Below, piece by piece: positions 1-9,444 of a stretch of DNA of 64,000 nt; the stretch's first letter is position 1, and the number at the start of each line of letters is the position of its first letter. A program made the position numbers and the translations under genes. The notes beneath the pieces are model-generated. The model did not search any database. It was not told where the DNA came from and saw nothing but the letters and a program-made list of their open reading frames with translations. Source of the stretch: a virus; the IMG/VR virus record IMGVR_UViG_3300009788_000007, positions 16,601-80,600 of that record. One strand, 5' to 3'.

Positions 1-90
1 TACAGCTCACCTAAGAAACTACTTAAGGCTATTGCGGAAACAGAGTAACTTATTTATTAAGTTAAATATTACAAGCACAGCAGGTACTTA

Positions 91-124
91 GGGGGCCAAC
101 TTAGTAGGCTTGGCCCCCTTTTTT
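91..124 (+). terminator. Rho-independent terminator upstream of primase-helicase
   Basis: GGGGGCCAA-N10-TTGGCCCCC stem followed by T6. Confidence 0.8.
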
Positions 125-137
125 GAGAGATGGGGAA

Positions 138-3041
138 ATGGGCACATCATTAACAAAATTTGTACAAGATAATGTAAACCCTGCAGATTACTACCAGTGG
201 GTGTTTTCCAACACTTCAATAACATCCGGTGAGAATCGGGTGCTATCTCCTTTCTCAAATGAAAAAACACCGTCCTTAATGATTAATGGGTCCAGTGGCA
301 AATGGAATGATTTATCTGGTGGCGGTAAGGGCGAAAAATCAGGTGGGCCTTCTATCATATCATTTCATGCAGCCCTGGAAGACGAAAAACAAATCATTGC
401 GGCACGACAACTATTCAGTAAGTTTATACATCCTACTATTAAAAGATCAGTTGTAAAACACTGGGCACGTGTTCTTAGAAAAACACCTATTGCTAAAAAA
501 TATATCGTTATCAAAAGATTATTATCTCCTGAATTTATTAAAGAAATGAATATAGGGTGGGATGGGGACCGCATAACAATACCCGTAGAGAACGAATTTG
601 GTTTATTTGTAAATGCAAAGCTTTATGATTTTGCTGCTAAAGCAAAGTCAACTAAAAAATTCACAGTAGCTAAGATGTTAAATTATTCTGATAAGAAAGA
701 TCATAAAAAACCTAACGGCGAAAAAATGAAATTTGGCTCACCCGTTATGATTTACCCTTTCTCAGCTTTTAAGTTAGCCGAAAAAGAAGGTTACATTGTT
801 GTCACTGAAGGTGAATGGGATGCTTTGTTTTTATTGTCCATTGGTATTCCTGCAGTAACAAGTACAGGTGGCAGCGAATCGTGGCCGGTACAGTACAACC
901 ACATGTTTAGAAGTCTAGATGTTATTATAGCTTATGATAATGATTCTGCAGGATTTATTGGCCGTAAAAAATGGGTGATACCTAACCTTTCAAAATATGC
1001 GAAATCAATTAAAGTTTTAAAAATTCCTAAACTGGCCATAGGGGAAGGTAAAAAAACAAAAGATGTTTTAGACTGGGCATTAACTAAAAAATCAATGCGT
1101 AAAAAATCAGGGTGGTTAGAGAAGTTTGAAAAACGCGCAACTTTAGTTTTAAAAAATGATGAAAAAGATATAATACATGAAGAAATTTTACATGTACCTC
1201 TAGATAAAGCCAGCCTGGGGAAGTACTACCATAAACAAATAAAAGTAAAAGCACTTGTTAGCGGTAAGATAAATTCACCATATGTGATACCTAGAAAATA
1301 CCGTGTGTCATGTGCACAGCTTGACAGTTGTGACGCCTGCCCACTGCGAGAATACAACAAAGAATTCCAAGAAAATTCAGTGCAGGAAAACGACCCGGAA
1401 CTTTTAAAATTGTTAGATGTTTCTGATAAAGCCCAGCGGGAAATGCTGCAAAGGAAAGCAGGTTTTATTAAAACTACAGATGCTTGTAAGTGCAAAGTTG
1501 ACACTATCTCTAGCATGAACGTCGAGCAGCTTTTACTGATACCCACTCTTGATTCTGACAGTGTGTACACGAATCGAATGGCCTATTACGTGGGCCATGG
1601 TTTGGCGGCCAATAAAGCCTATGAATTTAAAGGCACTACCACATCATCCCCCAGGACCCAGCACGCCATACACCTGTTTGACAAAGCTTCGCCTATAGAG
1701 GGCGAAATTGACACGTTTTCAATGACTGATGATATCTATGCCCAGTTAAAAGTTTTCCAGCCTAAAGGCAAGGAGACCCCTCTGGGCAAGCTTATGAAGA
1801 TAGCAGACTGGCAAGCCCGTAATGTCACCGAGATCATAGAACGTCCTGACTTACATATGGCAGTTGACATGTCATTCCACAGCGTAAAAGAATTTAGGTT
1901 TAATGGCTCCCTTATGAAAAAAGGCATGATGGACGTGCTTATATTTGGTGATGGGGCTTGCGGTAAGGGCTGGGTTAGTGAGCGTTTAGGGGGGTACTAC
2001 GGGGTAGGCTCTGTGGTGTCTGGAGAGAATTGTACTTTTGCAGGTCTAGTAGGCGGGGTACAGTCCACAGGTAAGCAGTTTTTAGTCACCTGGGGGGCTA
2101 TCCCACTTAATAACGGGGGGCATGTGATCATTGATGAGGCTGGAGCGCTGGGGCATGAGGAATGGTCTAGGATGTCCAGGGTACGCTCTGAAGGTGTGGC
2201 TGAAATTAATAAAATTGTTTCAGAAAAAACTCAGGCATACACACGCCTATTATGGTTAGCTAATGAAAAAAACGGTAAACCCATAATGAGTTTAAATACA
2301 GGTGTTGAAGGTATCAAACAATTGATAGGTGCTAACGAGGATATCCGAAGATTTGATGTAGCCCTTACTGTAGCCATTGATGAAGTACCAAGCGAACTTA
2401 TCAATACACTTAATCCAGTCGATTATTCTGATTCTGGAAAGTACCCTGCAGAACTTTGTAAGCAGCTTTTAATGTGGTTGTGGTCTCGCACTGTAGACCA
2501 AATTGAATTTAGTGAAGCTGCAGAAAAAGAAATAATAAAACAATCGATAAAATTTGGTAGAATGTACTCTGCAGAAATACCACTAATACAAACTGAGAAT
2601 GTACGCTACAAGATTTGTAAATGGGCCATTTGGGCTGCAGGTAGACTGTTCAGTACTGACCCCACTGGAGAAAAATTAATTATACAGTCTAAACATGTGC
2701 GCACAGCCTGCCAAGTGGTAGACGGCTTTTATGAAAAAGAAAGCATGAATTATAAAATGTTCAGTGAACAGAAACATTCAACAGGTGGCAACCTGCATGA
2801 TAAAAAAGTTATTAAAATATTCAGCAGTAATGATGCTAACCGTGCAGTAGTTATTGAAGGGCTACTAAGACTGCATATAATAACAACAGATAACCTAGCA
2901 GACTATTGTGACGGTGACTTAGCAGAGGCCAAAATATTAATAGGTACATTGGTGCAGGCTAAATGTTTAAGCCGTGTTAAAAACGGTTACTTAAAAAACC
3001 AAGCTTTTTCTATGTGGCTCAGAGGCCAAGGGGGTATGTGA
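138..3041 (+). CDS. TOPRIM DNA primase fused to MCM-type AAA+ helicase
   Basis: TOPRIM motifs VVTEGEWDAL and AYDND; central Cys cluster; Walker A GDGACGK; MCM-like GAIPLNNGGHVIIDE; arginine finger RRFD. ATG 138 follows a purine-rich RBS (track start TTG 123). Confidence 0.85.
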   Translation: MGTSLTKFVQDNVNPADYYQWVFSNTSITSGENRVLSPFSNEKTPSLMINGSSGKWNDLSGGGKGEKSGGPSIISFHAALEDEKQIIAARQLFSKFIHPTIKRSVVKHWARVLRKTPIAKKYIVIKRLLSPEFIKEMNIGWDGDRITIPVENEFGLFVNAKLYDFAAKAKSTKKFTVAKMLNYSDKKDHKKPNGEKMKFGSPVMIYPFSAFKLAEKEGYIVVTEGEWDALFLLSIGIPAVTSTGGSESWPVQYNHMFRSLDVIIAYDNDSAGFIGRKKWVIPNLSKYAKSIKVLKIPKLAIGEGKKTKDVLDWALTKKSMRKKSGWLEKFEKRATLVLKNDEKDIIHEEILHVPLDKASLGKYYHKQIKVKALVSGKINSPYVIPRKYRVSCAQLDSCDACPLREYNKEFQENSVQENDPELLKLLDVSDKAQREMLQRKAGFIKTTDACKCKVDTISSMNVEQLLLIPTLDSDSVYTNRMAYYVGHGLAANKAYEFKGTTTSSPRTQHAIHLFDKASPIEGEIDTFSMTDDIYAQLKVFQPKGKETPLGKLMKIADWQARNVTEIIERPDLHMAVDMSFHSVKEFRFNGSLMKKGMMDVLIFGDGACGKGWVSERLGGYYGVGSVVSGENCTFAGLVGGVQSTGKQFLVTWGAIPLNNGGHVIIDEAGALGHEEWSRMSRVRSEGVAEINKIVSEKTQAYTRLLWLANEKNGKPIMSLNTGVEGIKQLIGANEDIRRFDVALTVAIDEVPSELINTLNPVDYSDSGKYPAELCKQLLMWLWSRTVDQIEFSEAAEKEIIKQSIKFGRMYSAEIPLIQTENVRYKICKWAIWAAGRLFSTDPTGEKLIIQSKHVRTACQVVDGFYEKESMNYKMFSEQKHSTGGNLHDKKVIKIFSSNDANRAVVIEGLLRLHIITTDNLADYCDGDLAEAKILIGTLVQAKCLSRVKNGYLKNQAFSMWLRGQGGM

Positions 3042-3184
3042 TGGGAAAATCTAAAGGTAAGCATATTAAATGTATGACATGTTTTGTTAAAAAGACTGAG
3101 CATAAATTTGATAGTAATGATGTATGGGACATGCACACAAACGGTGTGCGTATTACCTGCAAGAAATGTAAAGGTAAAAAATAA
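3041..3184 (+). CDS. 47-aa CxxC..CxxC zinc-ribbon protein (below track cutoff)
   Basis: MGKSKGKHIKCMTC...ITCKKCKGKK; TGATG and TAATG coupling at both ends. Confidence 0.6.
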   Translation: MGKSKGKHIKCMTCFVKKTEHKFDSNDVWDMHTNGVRITCKKCKGKK

Positions 3185-3453
3185 TGGCTGTATACGTTGA
3201 CCCCATACAAAATTGCCCCACAAATAAAAACTGGCCGTACACCCAGTTCTGCCACATGATTGCAGACACACCAAAAGAATTAAAAGCCTTTGCTTTAATA
3301 ATAGACTTGAAACTAAGTTGGTACCAAGAAAAATCATTTCCACATTTTGATTTAACAAAATCACGCAGGGTAGAGGCTATAAAAATGGGGGCTATAGATT
3401 TAAACTTAAGACAATTTGTAAAAAAGATGCAGGAGATTAGAGGAAATGGGTAG
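3184..3453 (+). CDS. DUF4031-like protein
   Basis: MAVYVD...CHMIADT..EL..FA...PHFDLT..RR..AI..GA signature. Confidence 0.8.
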   Translation: MAVYVDPIQNCPTNKNWPYTQFCHMIADTPKELKAFALIIDLKLSWYQEKSFPHFDLTKSRRVEAIKMGAIDLNLRQFVKKMQEIRGNG

Positions 3454-3594
3454 AGTACCAGACCAAGTGTTTACAATTGAAGGTGTAGTAAGGCATTTCG
3501 AATGTAAGATAACAAACCACCAAGCACGCTACTATAGAGAAACTACAGCTTTTTGGTTGTACGTATATGAAAACTTTATTGTGGGTAAAAAATA

Positions 3595-4284
3595 GTGCTC
3601 TGCAAGATTGACACCTGCACTCAACCCCAACTAGAGGGTAGACCTTTCTGCTGTAAAAAACATTGGAATAAACTACCACGCAAAATAAAAACCGAACTAA
3701 ATAAATTGTATGACGATGGTAAAGGATCTATTACAGTTATCGCTCTTGAACGTTTAACTATAAAAGCAAACTTTGCAATTAAGCTACCCAGTACCTGGGA
3801 AAAACGCGCTGCATTTTACTTAAAGAAACTTAAAAAACAGGTTAAGAAAGAGCGCATATTAATTGTCACTGGGGATGTTACAAGAACTAATAAAAATAGG
3901 GGCTTATGGAAGATCTTAAATAAATTAATTGTTAGGGCTGGTATTGAAAATGAATCTGCAGTAAGAACAAATTTTAATAGTGAGCCCCACAGCATCGCAG
4001 TAGTCTTAGGTGTAGAAGGCTTTAAACAAACCCTACCACCCTATAAAGTAAAAAATGGTATAGTGCATATGCAAAACCAGATAGTAACACCTGAAGATTA
4101 TATAAACGCAGCTTGGGCCACACGCCCTAATAAAGGCACACGCTTGGGTAACACATATATGATATCTTGTGAGCCCCACCCAGAAGAGTATGACGAATTT
4201 GGTGAAGATGAAATAACTGAAATAAAATTTTGTTTAGCGTGGGCCGCAAAACTATATAAATCAAAAATGAAAGTTGGTATTTAA
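3595..4284 (+). CDS. hypothetical protein with N-terminal Cys/His cluster
   Basis: 229-aa ORF packed in the operon; C..C...FCCKKHW. Confidence 0.6.
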   Translation: MLCKIDTCTQPQLEGRPFCCKKHWNKLPRKIKTELNKLYDDGKGSITVIALERLTIKANFAIKLPSTWEKRAAFYLKKLKKQVKKERILIVTGDVTRTNKNRGLWKILNKLIVRAGIENESAVRTNFNSEPHSIAVVLGVEGFKQTLPPYKVKNGIVHMQNQIVTPEDYINAAWATRPNKGTRLGNTYMISCEPHPEEYDEFGEDEITEIKFCLAWAAKLYKSKMKVGI

Positions 4285-4614
4285 ATGAAAGATAGTGTAT
4301 ACCCTATATGTTGCTGTGGTAAAGCAATGATAAGTACTATGGCGTTCCATGGTAAAGAATATTGGTGTTGGAATTGTGGAGAAACCGATAGCTTTTTTGT
4401 TTCTGGTGATCGTCGTGAAATAACAGAGGAAGAAGAAAAAGAACTACAGCAAAAACAAAAAGAAGCTATTGAATTTTTAGATGCTAGAGGCTGTAAATAT
4501 GGCGGCGGTATGCGAAAAGTAAATGATGGGTACACCCCGTTTGATTGCCTACCCGAAGAACTTAAAGAAGAGATTTCTAAACTAGCTGATTCCTGGGTAT
4601 ACCTAAATGAATAA
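4285..4614 (+). CDS. hypothetical zinc-ribbon protein
   Basis: CCG...WCWNCG; abuts neighbouring genes. Confidence 0.6.
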   Translation: MKDSVYPICCCGKAMISTMAFHGKEYWCWNCGETDSFFVSGDRREITEEEEKELQQKQKEAIEFLDARGCKYGGGMRKVNDGYTPFDCLPEELKEEISKLADSWVYLNE

Positions 4615-5080
4615 ATGGCAGTCACCAACATCTATAAAACTTAAAAATGGTAAACGTATGTACTTTAGACTTTATAGTATCTGGAGAGGGATGAAAATAC
4701 GTTGCTACAGTAAGAAAAATAAAGACTATGAAAAATATGGTGGCCGTGGTATTTTAATGTCCCTAGGCTGGTATGAAAGCTACGACGAATTTTATGAATG
4801 GTCTGTAAACAATGGTTACAAAGAAAACCTAAGCATTGATAGAAAAGAAAATTCTAAAGGGTACACACCTAATAACTGTAGATGGGTGGATAAATGGACC
4901 CAGACTAATAATAGAGATATCACATTAACTATGACTTATCAAGGTATGACAAGAAATTTATATTGGTGGTCAGACCAAATTGGGGTATCGTATGACACAC
5001 TAGTAAAAAGAAAACAAAGATACAAATGGTGTGATGCTAAATGTATTGAAACACCCTTGCATAAGGGTAGTACATGGTAA
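4607..5080 (+). CDS. free-standing HNH-like homing endonuclease
   Basis: RLYSIWRGMKIRCY...YGGRGI...SIDRKENSKGYTPNNCRW, a common phage HNH-type signature. Confidence 0.8.
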   Translation: MNKWQSPTSIKLKNGKRMYFRLYSIWRGMKIRCYSKKNKDYEKYGGRGILMSLGWYESYDEFYEWSVNNGYKENLSIDRKENSKGYTPNNCRWVDKWTQTNNRDITLTMTYQGMTRNLYWWSDQIGVSYDTLVKRKQRYKWCDAKCIETPLHKGSTW

Positions 5081-5090
5081 ATAATGTAAC

Positions 5091-7082
5091 ATGACAGCTT
5101 TAAAAAACCATTATAAAAAAACTAAAGTGCCTTACAAGTTATCTGGGAAATTAGTTGCACTTGACTTTGAGACCACAGGTTTAGACCTGTACCATGGGGA
5201 CCGTATTTTTTGCTGAGCTTATGTTACTGATGAAGCTGAAGCAGGTTTTATGTATAAAACAAAAGCTAACTTAAAATGGTTAGAGCGCCTAATGATGGAC
5301 CCTACTAAGCACGTTATTTTCCATAATAAAAAGTTCGATTTAACTGCTATGCTTGTAGAAGGTTTTAACATTTTTAATTTTAAAGCAATAACAGAATGCA
5401 CACTAAGACTAGCAAAACTTTTTAATGCTACCTGGAACAGTTACAAGTTAAAAGATTTAGGTGCTAGGCTACTGGGCGTACCGACTGCAGACAAAGATGA
5501 AATTGAAGAATGGGTTAAAGATCGTAAGCGTGTAAATTATTATCGTAGAGAGTTTAGCCGTAAACCTAATTTTTCTGACGCCCCTGCAAGCATAATTAAA
5601 AAGCGTGCCGTATGGGATGTTGAAACTACTTTGATGCTGTACCTTAAACTACGTCCTGCAATAAATAAGGCTGCTGAGAAACTATACCAAACAGAGCTTG
5701 AGTTAGCTTATGTGTGTGTTGACATGGAAAGCCATGGGGTACCCGTTGATATAACACGTGCCAAACAATTAAAATCTCAGGCTGAAAAAGACATGGCTAT
5801 TATTATGAAAGACCTGCGTAAACTAGTAGGTAATTTAATAGTAGATAAAACTAAAGCTGGTGAGCAAATAAAAGTGCCCATCACCGCAAAAGAATTTAAC
5901 CCAGGGTCCTCAAAACATTTAGCTGCTGCTTTTAAAAAAGTTGGTATTGAGCTTGAATATAAGACCGATAAAGGTAACTGGTCATTTGATGAGTATTCCA
6001 TGATTCGTTATGTATCAGACCCATTAGTTAAAGTAATGCGCAAAGCTTCAGAAAACGGGTGGCAAGCTAATCAGTTTTACAGACGTATTAAACATGCAGT
6101 AAAACGCTACGACCTGGACATTAAAGAATTATTACCGCCCCTTATTTTAAAACATCAAAATCTTAAAAAGATGATAAGTACTTACTATAATGCAATTATT
6201 AACAAGTCGCTAAATAAGTACACTGCACCAAACGGTATAGAGTACGGGACGTTGCATTGTTCGTTTAACCCTACTACAGCAGTAACAGGTAGATTTTCAG
6301 CAACAAACCCACCGCTACAAACTATACCTCGTAACAGCGGACCTAGAGAATGCTTTGTACCTCGTAAATCCAGGCGCAATTGGTACCTGGACTATGACCA
6401 AGTGGAAATGAAAATATTTGTGCATTTTGCCAAAGATGAAGACATGGCCCGTGAAATTGAGAATGATATCCACGCTTATGTCGCAGGGCAGGTGTACAAG
6501 GTCGCCAAATCCTCTGTAACGAAAGAACAGCGGAAAAGGGGTAAAGGGGTAGGCTTCGGGGTTTTGTACGGCTCAGGGGCTAATACGATGGCTGAGACGA
6601 TGACTAAACAGGGCCTTAAAACCACTAAAAAAGATGCCGTGTATCTGGTGCGCAATTACCATGAATCATTCCCTTCAGTGCGCAGAACAACACGGTACTT
6701 TGAAGCTCAACTGCGGAAAAAGGGGTTCCTTACAAACCCATTCGGCAGGCGGTACCATATACCCGTAAAATTCGCTTACAAGGCCCTTAACTATATGTGC
6801 CAAGGTACATCAGCTGACATCATCAAGCAGGCCATGGTGAAGCTGTGGAAGTGGTTACGCAAGCATAAATTTAAAACTAAACTTATAATGACAATCCATG
6901 ATGAAATTGTTCTAGAATGCCCCAGGAGTGAAGAGAAGAAAGTCATTCCCCAGGCCCTGCGAATCATGGAAGACCTTAAAAATTACTTTGTACCGATTAC
7001 TGCTAGTGCAGAAGTTGTCACGGAAAGATGGTCTAAAAAGAAAGATGCCGTGAAAGATTTAAATCTTGCATGGGCTGTTTAA
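5091..7082 (+). CDS. polA: DNA polymerase family A (3'-5' exonuclease + polymerase) with an in-frame TGA at 5214-5216
   Basis: ExoI LDFETTGL lies upstream of the TGA, in frame with track ORF 5250; ExoII FHNKKFDL; motif A DYDQVEMK; motif B RKRGKGVGFGVLYG; motif C TIHDEI. Confidence 0.9.
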
Positions 7083-7205
7083 TTTTGGTGTTTGAGTGAA
7101 CGCCCCGCCTCCCTGTCTCTGGCACGCCTGCTACTCAGGGGGGCATTTTTAACACTAAAACTACAATTTCTCCCTATTATGTAGCCCTTTCGTATAATTA
7201 AAGTA

Positions 7206-7234
7206 TTGCTTTAAGTTACATTAAGCAGTATATT
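7206..7234 (+). promoter_or_regulatory. sigma70-type promoter
   Basis: TTGCTT-N17-TATATT in the intergenic region before ORF 7399. Confidence 0.55.
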
Positions 7235-7398
7235 TATATAGGTACAGATGCAAATTTGTAATAAGCAGCGAGAGAGAACATACATGTATAAGCCTTTAAA
7301 ACCAATCCAAATTGGTAAGCATATTGATATATTTGCAGGTGTTCTTTGTAGTGCTTATACACCGACAATAGCTCAACAAAAACTATTTAAAAATATTT

Positions 7399-7902
7399 TT
7401 GAACATGAGAAGAGAGAATGTAACAATGGATATAAATATAAATTTCAAATTTCTAAGTGGCGGCCACGCCCTCTTTACAGTAGGAAGCCCACGTAATAGG
7501 TTTACATTTAAGATCATTAAAAAACCTGACAGCCCTTTTTATGTGTCGTATCTTACTGGTAAAGATAATACAAAAGATTATACATACTTGGGCTGTTTTA
7601 TCCCCCTATCAAAAGATAGGTTTTTAAAACTGACAAATAAAAGTAGGTTAGGGGTAGCCTCCCAACCTGTAAAAGTTTTTGAATGGGCTGCAGAGATATT
7701 AGCAGGCCGCAAAGACAATCATATAAACCACCCAAACACTGCAGGATGTTATATTATTCATGCGGGTAAATGTTGTGCTTGTGGTAGACAGTTGACGACA
7801 CCTGCATCAATAAAAAATGGTATAGGCCCTGTATGCGTTCAGCTTAGGGATGGTGCAAAGAAAATAAAACCTAAAAAAGAAAACCAAGCAGCATTATTTT
7901 AA
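7399..7902 (+). CDS. DUF6011-like zinc-finger protein
   Basis: C-terminal GKCCACGRQLTTPASIKNGIGPVC; true start may be the downstream MDIN ATG. Confidence 0.75.
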   Translation: MNMRRENVTMDININFKFLSGGHALFTVGSPRNRFTFKIIKKPDSPFYVSYLTGKDNTKDYTYLGCFIPLSKDRFLKLTNKSRLGVASQPVKVFEWAAEILAGRKDNHINHPNTAGCYIIHAGKCCACGRQLTTPASIKNGIGPVCVQLRDGAKKIKPKKENQAALF

Positions 7903-7921
7903 AATTGAAAGGATCGCCTTA

Positions 7922-8119
7922 ATGAGTGGTTTAAAAGTAGAAGTAGATAAGAAAAAGAAAGTTCTTAAAATTGAGCTACCTTACGGGGACCCCCGCCCAT
8001 CAGCATCTGGAAAAAGTCTTATAGTGGCCACAACCAGTGGAAGCATCCAAACCGATACAAAATTTGAAGGTAAAAATTTAACAATTGGTATTAATGCCTA
8101 TATACCTAACATCAATTAA
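7922..8119 (+). CDS. small hypothetical protein
   Basis: RBS GAAAGGA; PRPSASGKSLIVATT motif. Confidence 0.65.
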   Translation: MSGLKVEVDKKKKVLKIELPYGDPRPSASGKSLIVATTSGSIQTDTKFEGKNLTIGINAYIPNIN

Positions 8120-8171
8120 GCAGTAGTATATTAATCATAGCTTTCCTCAAATGGAATGCTCTCTTCTCTCA

Positions 8172-8207
8172 GGGGAGGCGGCTGCCCGGTCGTCTCCTCA
8201 TTTTTTT
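8172..8207 (+). terminator. Rho-independent terminator
   Basis: GGGAGGCGGC..GTCGTCTCCT stem then T7. Confidence 0.65.
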
Positions 8208-8345
8208 GAGGCGGGGTTAAGTTGGGTAATTGTGGGTTTAAATGGGCTACCAAGGTCAAGTGCACTACCCCTTCCCCCTCTCTTTTTCCTTAAAAATAAG
8301 CATTTTTAAATTAATTTTAAAAATATGGTTATTTTTATTATTTTA

Positions 8346-8377
8346 TACTGGACACGTGTACAGTAATCAATTAATAT
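8346..8377 (+). promoter_or_regulatory. promoter overlapped by a LexA-box-like palindrome
   Basis: TACTGGACACGTGTACAGTA containing TGGACA, then N17 to TAATAT. Confidence 0.6.
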
Positions 8378-8430
8378 TTAGTTATGAGATTTGAAGAACA
8401 GCCCAACTAACCCAGAAAGAATTGAAGATT

Positions 8431-8643
8431 ATGAAAAAGCCAACCATGAAACAAATAGCCGCCTACTGTATCAGAGAGGTATTCGATAATGCCGCCTACA
8501 CTCTTGGAGACAACTTTGACAGCTTGACCGAGAAGCAAAAAGACGAGGCGGTAAGACACATGGAGAACATGTTGAAGCCCATGTATGACAGAATGGACAA
8601 TATCGTTGGTGAGCAGGATTCTGACATAGGGGACTTGAGATAA
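8431..8643 (+). CDS. hypothetical early protein
   Basis: ATG ends the repeated leader CAGAAAGAATTGAAGATTATG. Confidence 0.6.
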   Translation: MKKPTMKQIAAYCIREVFDNAAYTLGDNFDSLTEKQKDEAVRHMENMLKPMYDRMDNIVGEQDSDIGDLR

Positions 8644-8933
8644 TGAATCTGAACCACCAAAGAACACTGTTTGAAAAAGTAAATGGTCATCCTTGGGACA
8701 ATAGGCCAAAGGAAATAGCCCAACTGAAACCAGGGCAGAAAGAAGTGAAGATTATGAGCTGGAAAAAGAAACATTTTAAAAGGGTGTCGGTCCATTGGCA
8801 CGAGAAACTAAAGCAAGTGGAAGTAGTTCACGGAAGTATGAACGAAGACCCGGAATATTTTGACAGTTTTTTAGGGGAACTAAAAGAAGCCATAGCGTTT
8901 GGTTTGACTAAAAAGGCTGAACTAAACAGATAA
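8643..8933 (+). CDS. hypothetical early protein (alternative start 8754)
   Basis: TAATG coupling; an internal leader-repeat copy ends at ATG 8754. Confidence 0.55.
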   Translation: MNLNHQRTLFEKVNGHPWDNRPKEIAQLKPGQKEVKIMSWKKKHFKRVSVHWHEKLKQVEVVHGSMNEDPEYFDSFLGELKEAIAFGLTKKAELNR

Positions 8934-8971
8934 AATAATGCTTCTTAACCACCCAGACCCTATCAGACCGG

Positions 8972-9268
8972 ATGACAATGAAACTAATTAGAAAGGTAAC
9001 AATGAAATTTTTACACGTACAGTTACTTAGAATAGCTCAAAAATCTAGTGCAACAGATTTTTCAAAATTTTCGTACATAGAGCTAGAATCTTATTTAGCC
9101 TGGAACAACTTACTACCCTCAGAACACCAACAAACAACTACAGGAAAAGTTAACGAGTTATCAAACGCTTTAGGAAAAGATACAAAATTAGTATATGAAG
9201 TCGCACTATTACTTGCAGAAAATAAAATTGGTACAATAGACCAACTTAAGGTACAATTGCAAAAATGA
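8972..9268 (+). CDS. hypothetical protein
   Basis: ORF in cassette; AAAGG precedes the internal MKFLH start. Confidence 0.55.
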   Translation: MTMKLIRKVTMKFLHVQLLRIAQKSSATDFSKFSYIELESYLAWNNLLPSEHQQTTTGKVNELSNALGKDTKLVYEVALLLAENKIGTIDQLKVQLQK

Positions 9269-9444
9269 AAAAAGTTACTCTATTACTGTTGATTATCTTT
9301 TGTACTGGGTGTTCCCATAAAACTAAAATGATGTTTGCTAATTTTGCTGCAGGCGCAGCCCAGGGGGCCATAGATCAACTATCTAATGACTTATTTGATA
9401 AAAGCCAAAAAGAATTTGCAAGGTTAGAGCGCCGTTTAAAATAG
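9265..9444 (+). CDS. 59-aa predicted lipoprotein (not in track)
   Basis: MKKVTLLLLIIFCTGC signal peptide with lipobox-like ending; ATGA overlap with upstream gene. Confidence 0.65.
   Translation: MKKVTLLLLIIFCTGCSHKTKMMFANFAAGAAQGAIDQLSNDLFDKSQKEFARLERRLK

Noticed and set aside
5214-5250. Selenocysteine at the polA TGA, decoded by the GGAAG..CTTCC tRNA-like element
   Set aside because: No convincing SECIS hairpin follows the TGA, and the element at 42594-42692 has no UCA anticodon loop.
8397-8960. CRISPR-like array from the recurring leader repeat
   Set aside because: Copies are irregularly spaced, end at start codons and are separated by genes.
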